Positions 27,393-31,069 of a stretch of 31,069 bases of DNA are shown here, one piece after another (positions within the stretch are counted from its first letter, which is position 1; each line of letters begins with the position of its first letter). The stretch lies in contig JBKHFZ010000016.1 of NCBI GenBank assembly GCA_046539925.1, positions 1 to 31,069 of the forward strand, written 5' to 3'. The DNA comes from Spirochaetaceae bacterium. GTDB taxonomy: Bacteria; Spirochaetota; Spirochaetia; DSM-16054; Sediminispirochaetaceae. A model generated the notes under the pieces. The model had not been told where the DNA came from and made no database searches. It saw nothing but the letters and a program-made list of their open reading frames with translations. The position numbers and the translations under genes are program-made.

Positions 27393-28970
27393 TTACTTGT
27401 TTAACTTTGTAGAAATTGCACCGGCCTCCGCCGCCAGATTAGCTTCCGCCGCTGCCAGCATATCGGGAGGTATGGGGCCGACCCTGTGAGCCTCGTCCAT
27501 GGCGTTGAGTATTTCTTCGGACACCGGATGAGACTTCTGTGTAGCCTTACTTACGACTATCATCAGGATAAATGAGACTACGAGACCTACCAGCATTTCG
27601 TGGAAGCCTGTCTTATCGTTAATTCCCAGTAACTCCCAAAAGAATGCCGTAGCGGCGCCGCCTATCATAGAGGCTATGGCCCCGGGGATATTTGCTTTTT
27701 TCCACCACACAGCGCAGATGTACGCCGGCATAAAGGCACTACCCAGAACAGAGGTGGTAAAGATTACTATTGCAAACACACCGGGGGGCTGTATAAGGGC
27801 TACCAGGATACCGATAACACCAAAGGCGAGAATGAGGATTCTCGACACCCACACCATATGTTTGTCGGAAGCATCTTTTTTGATAAACCGCCAGAAGATG
27901 TCCCTGGATGCCACCGTACCTACCTGCAGCAGAATAGAGTCGGCGGTAGACATAATTGCCGCCATAATTGCCGCCATAACGATACCCACCATAAAACCTG
28001 GAAGCAGTTTGTTGGCAACCATAAATATTGCCATTTCAGGATCTCCGAGCTGAGGCAGTATAACCAGCGCAAAAATACCGATAAGGTAGGGAGACGTTAC
28101 AAAGAACAGGTTCCACAAAGTAGAGTAGAAACCTGCCATCCTCGCCGTTCTCGGGCTCGTCATTGCCATATGTCTTACTACAACGTGGGGCCAGCCCATA
28201 TAGCCCACCGAGAACACGAGCACAGCTCCCGCGACATTCCCCCATTGTCCCTGGTTGGCGAGATCCTTACCCCAAATACTGAGGTATGTGGGATCGATAT
28301 CGGCAATTGCCATATTTGCCTCGGTCCATCCGCCGAGATAACTCAAGGACGCGGAGAATATCCAGATCATACCGATAACCATCACAATACTCTGGAAGAA
28401 GTCCGAATACGCAACCGCGATATACCCACCCAGGAAGGTGTAGAGCATAATAATCGCCACAGCTATTAATAGGGCAGACCCGTAGGGTAGCCCGGTAACG
28501 AGAGCCATACCCTTTCCGCCTGCAATAAACTGGGCGAGTACGTAGAAGAAGAGAAAGAATACGGTGAGTCCTGCGCCTATTATCCTGACGGCGGGATGGG
28601 GGTAACGTTTTTCCAAATACTCTATCGAAGTAAGCGAACCGAGAATTTTGGAGAGTTTTCTCATCCTGCGTCCGATTACAGAGAGGTTGACCACACCACC
28701 ACCGATATCGCCTACAGCGTACCATATCGACCAGTACCCTGTGGTGTATCCGAGGGAACCTCCGCCGAGGAACATGTAGCCGCTCATCGAAGTGGACTGA
28801 AGAGTCATAGCGGTTATGAGGGGACCTATTTTTCGGCCGCCTAAAAGATAACTCTCCATGTTCTGAGCTCCACCCTTACGCACGGACCAGAAGCCGATTC
28901 CGATAACAACCGCGTAATAGAGGATAAGAAAGATGATAACAACAGCGTTTGGTGTAGGTACTTCGCTCAT
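27393..28970 (-). CDS. Sodium:solute symporter family (SSS; PutP/PanF-like) transporter
   Basis: 525 aa, about 13 predicted TM helices, SSS signature region GGGSLGYTTGYWSIWYAVGD... Paired with an overlapping small membrane ORF, as for yhdT-panF. Confidence 0.8.
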   Translation of the reverse strand: MSEVPTPNAVVIIFLILYYAVVIGIGFWSVRKGGAQNMESYLLGGRKIGPLITAMTLQSTSMSGYMFLGGGSLGYTTGYWSIWYAVGDIGGGVVNLSVIGRRMRKLSKILGSLTSIEYLEKRYPHPAVRIIGAGLTVFFLFFYVLAQFIAGGKGMALVTGLPYGSALLIAVAIIMLYTFLGGYIAVAYSDFFQSIVMVIGMIWIFSASLSYLGGWTEANMAIADIDPTYLSIWGKDLANQGQWGNVAGAVLVFSVGYMGWPHVVVRHMAMTSPRTARMAGFYSTLWNLFFVTSPYLIGIFALVILPQLGDPEMAIFMVANKLLPGFMVGIVMAAIMAAIMSTADSILLQVGTVASRDIFWRFIKKDASDKHMVWVSRILILAFGVIGILVALIQPPGVFAIVIFTTSVLGSAFMPAYICAVWWKKANIPGAIASMIGGAATAFFWELLGINDKTGFHEMLVGLVVSFILMIVVSKATQKSHPVSEEILNAMDEAHRVGPIPPDMLAAAEANLAAEAGAISTKLNK

Positions 28971-29110
28971 TTTATACCCTCCTCCTTCTCCTCAATCTCT
29001 TTATCGTCGGGCCAGTTGCGACTCAGATAAAGGAAGACCAGGGTGTAGATAACCCAAAAAGCAGGGAATCCGAATAACACCAGACTTGTAGATGCGGGTA
29101 GTCCAAACAT
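28967..29110 (-). CDS. Small membrane protein (47 aa), YhdT/DUF997-like symporter-associated subunit
   Basis: Untracked ORF MFGLPASTSLVLFGFPAFWVIYTLVFLYLSRNWPDDKEIEEKEEGIK. AAGGAGG ribosome-binding site 7 nt upstream. Its TGA overlaps the symporter ATG (ATGA). One TM helix plus an acidic tail. Confidence 0.6.
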   Translation of the reverse strand: MFGLPASTSLVLFGFPAFWVIYTLVFLYLSRNWPDDKEIEEKEEGIK

Positions 29111-29139
29111 CAGCGCCTCCTTATAAAATGTATTACTCT

Positions 29140-29167
29140 ATTTTAACATGATGAAGATATTTGTCAA
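29140..29167 (-). promoter_or_regulatory. Sigma70-type promoter (TTGACA-16 nt-TAAAAT) for the small-ORF/symporter operon
   Basis: On the minus strand TTGACA (29162-29167) and TAAAAT (29140-29145), about 30 nt upstream of the small-ORF ATG. Confidence 0.55.
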
Positions 29168-29227
29168 ATTGAATATAATATTAATTTTATTGACTTTCTT
29201 ATTAAGGAAATAGAGGGGCAAGCGATA

Positions 29228-30355
29228 CTAATCTGAATCACTTTCTTCTCCCTGTCTTAGCGGTTTTTCTACATCTCCGTCCTCTCTCGTCTGATTCTGC
29301 ATCTTCTGCAGCGCCGCCAGCCCCGCAGGGCTGCCGAGGTCCATGCTCTCAATCGCAGAGGAGGGCATAAGCATTATCGATCCCTTGCTCTGCCGGAGAC
29401 CGTCGTAGACCATATTCATGGCCCGCAGCTGAAATGCCTGGGGATTGTTCCGATAAAACTCGTTGGCGGTGGTCATCTTCTCTGCAACCGAAATTTCCGC
29501 GTCTCCCAAAATCTCGCGAGCCTGCTTTTCCCTGTAGGCCTGGGCTTTCCGGCTCATTATATCCTCCAGTTCCTTCGGAATAATAATGTCTGTAAACTCC
29601 ACGGAGAGGACTGTAATGCCCCAGGGGTTTGTTTTTGCATCGAGTATTCTCTGCAGCTCCCGCCCTACTTCGTCCCGCCTGGAAAGCAGAGTATTAAGGT
29701 CGTGGCTGCCTATGGAATCGCGCAGAGCCGTCTGAGCGGAGAGGGTTACCGCCTCCAGAAAATTTTCCACCTCCAGGATTGCTTTCTCCGGGTCCCATAT
29801 CATCCAAAAACAGATAGCGTCTATGTGCACGGGCACATTGTCCATGCTCAGGGTACGTTCCGCGCTAAAATCCGTAACCCTTATACGGGTGTCCACCTTG
29901 TGGGCAATTCTGTCTACAAAAGGGATGAGGAAAAATATACCCGCCTCCTGTACTCTCTTAAACTTTCCAAAACGCAGTATAACCGCCTTGTCCCAGTGGT
30001 ACATAAGCTGGGTGGTAGAGGAGAGCATTAAGGATAGTGCCGGGATTAGGTACGCCAGGGGTTCGGTGGATGAGGAGAGGTAAAACAGAACAATCCAGCC
30101 GGCTAAAAGTGCAAAGAGAAGCATATTCCAGATTGATACCAGCGCAATTATTAATCCGGATATAATTACCGCCATGGTAATTCCCTGTATCTCCAGGTCC
30201 GAAAGTCCCAAGCCGGCCAGTTCAAAAACCGCAACAGCGGCAACAGCTAAAATTATGAGTACCAGCAGTGAAAAGGTGTTGAATATAAAATCTTTTTCCA
30301 GACGGAATGAGGGCAAGTTCTTTATGCGGGTATACCGTTTTTTTAAAAAATTCAT
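29228..30355 (-). CDS. SPFH/band-7 (stomatin-like) membrane protein with multi-TM N-terminal region
   Basis: 375 aa. N-terminal 3-4 hydrophobic helices, then the SPFH core (ILRFGKF..., IRVTDFS...LSMDNVPVHIDAICFW, TNPWGITVLSVEFTDI), C-terminal coiled region. Confidence 0.75.
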   Translation of the reverse strand: MNFLKKRYTRIKNLPSFRLEKDFIFNTFSLLVLIILAVAAVAVFELAGLGLSDLEIQGITMAVIISGLIIALVSIWNMLLFALLAGWIVLFYLSSSTEPLAYLIPALSLMLSSTTQLMYHWDKAVILRFGKFKRVQEAGIFFLIPFVDRIAHKVDTRIRVTDFSAERTLSMDNVPVHIDAICFWMIWDPEKAILEVENFLEAVTLSAQTALRDSIGSHDLNTLLSRRDEVGRELQRILDAKTNPWGITVLSVEFTDIIIPKELEDIMSRKAQAYREKQAREILGDAEISVAEKMTTANEFYRNNPQAFQLRAMNMVYDGLRQSKGSIMLMPSSAIESMDLGSPAGLAALQKMQNQTREDGDVEKPLRQGEESDSD

Positions 30356-30379
30356 GAAAATATCCTCCTCGCTATGCTG

Positions 30380-30778
30380 TTATTCACGCTCCTGCAGTTC
30401 CTGCAAATGGTCTATGATGTCCTGAGTGGTAAAGCCGTAGGACCCCGCTTTAGAGAGAAAATCGCGGCTTATCTGGGTCAGGATTCTCTCGCGCTCTATA
30501 TCGTCAATCTCTATCTTGTTATCCGAAATAAAGGTTCCCGTTCCCTGCTGAGTATTTACTATTCCCCGAATTTCCAGCTGGTTATACGCCTTTGCAACGG
30601 TATTGGGGTTTATCTGCAGGTCCACCGCCAGACTCCGCACCGTAGGCAGCTGATTTCCCTGCTGCAGTCGGTTGTCCGCAATGGCCATTTCTATCTGCAG
30701 AATAATTTGCTTGTAAAAGGGTACACCGCTTTTGGGATCTATTGTGAATTTAAGATTTTCCAACTTTCTAGCGGCCAT
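30380..30778 (-). CDS. GntR-family (YtrA-like short) transcriptional regulator
   Basis: From the ATG at 30778 (AGGAGG ribosome-binding site 9 nt upstream): winged-HTH GVPFYKQIILQIEMAIADNRLQQGNQLPTVRSLAVDLQINPNTVAKAYNQLEIRGIV, then a short C-terminal domain. The track start at 30811 is a TTG. Confidence 0.8.
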   Translation of the reverse strand: MAARKLENLKFTIDPKSGVPFYKQIILQIEMAIADNRLQQGNQLPTVRSLAVDLQINPNTVAKAYNQLEIRGIVNTQQGTGTFISDNKIEIDDIERERILTQISRDFLSKAGSYGFTTQDIIDHLQELQERE

Positions 30779-30811
30779 ATCCTCGGACCTCCTGTACAGG
30801 ATACAATTCAA

Positions 30812-30831
30812 TGTACTAGTTATTTAGTACA
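30812..30831. promoter_or_regulatory. Palindromic candidate GntR operator TGTACTA-N6-TAGTACA
   Basis: Perfect 7-bp inverted repeat containing GT/AC cores, just downstream of the predicted -10 of the gntR promoter. Confidence 0.5.
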
Positions 30832-30836
30832 ATAGA

Positions 30837-30865
30837 ATAATAGCCCTTCAATGACCCCTTGTCAA
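30837..30865 (-). promoter_or_regulatory. Sigma70-type promoter (TTGACA-17 nt-TATTAT) for the gntR-SPFH operon
   Basis: On the minus strand TTGACA (30860-30865) and TATTAT (30837-30842). The palindrome begins about 6 nt after the -10. Confidence 0.5.
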
Positions 30866-31069
30866 GAAAAATGTTTTACCTATTCCACACCTCATCTATC
30901 TTCCCGAAGGCCTCTTCCAGGATAAGCAGTTCGGTTAACCCTATTGTGACTTGATTGATGTACACATTTACCCATTTAAGTCTGAATTCTTTGTGCAACG
31001 GTTTTTCCAGCTATCGGAAAAACGGATAGAAATCACAGAAAAGTAAAAAATACTACAATTAAGCGTAAG

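Noticed and set aside
27858-28469. 203-aa + strand ORF, and the 27676-28053 ORF
   Set aside because: Both are antisense to the symporter gene, with His/Arg-rich nonsense composition.
1-31069. CRISPR arrays, tRNA/rRNA genes, transposases or integrases
   Set aside because: No regularly spaced direct repeats, no tRNA-like cloverleaf regions and no recombinase or transposase motifs were seen. All long intergenic regions are explained by promoters or terminators.

Overview
Bacterial chromosomal window, roughly 50% GC, densely coding on both strands. Most of it is housekeeping: a phosphohexomutase, a HAD phosphatase, a DUF362/ferredoxin protein, a UvrD-family helicase interrupted at a poly-A tract, an aldo-keto reductase, acetolactate synthase ilvBN with an upstream leader-peptide attenuator, hpt, a DEAD-box helicase and a sodium:solute symporter with an overlapping small membrane ORF.

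The standout is a four-gene minus-strand operon at 9578-16039. A MEDS-PAS-PAS sensor with a possible KaiA-like C-terminal tail is followed by kaiB and kaiC with 8-nt start/stop overlaps. The last gene is a PAS-PAS hybrid histidine kinase with a CikA-like pseudo-receiver, a true receiver and an HPt domain. KaiC keeps the Ser/Thr phospho-site pair, both catalytic Glu-Glu pairs and an A-loop-like C-terminal tail, which points to a KaiA-dependent, sensor-coupled KaiABC-type timing module outside cyanobacteria.

Other oddities are listed as findings: a perfect 21-bp inverted repeat bracketing one metalloenzyme gene, a GNAT-GHKL ATPase fusion protein, a bacterial eRF1/Pelota-like protein next to a thioredoxin-fold gene, a GGDEF-PilZ fusion, a GntR/SPFH operon with a palindromic operator, and a PPP phosphatase/TPR cluster.

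The ORF track reports TTG and GTG starts as M, so several starts have been re-called to internal ATGs. All homology calls rest on motif recognition from memory; no database search was possible.
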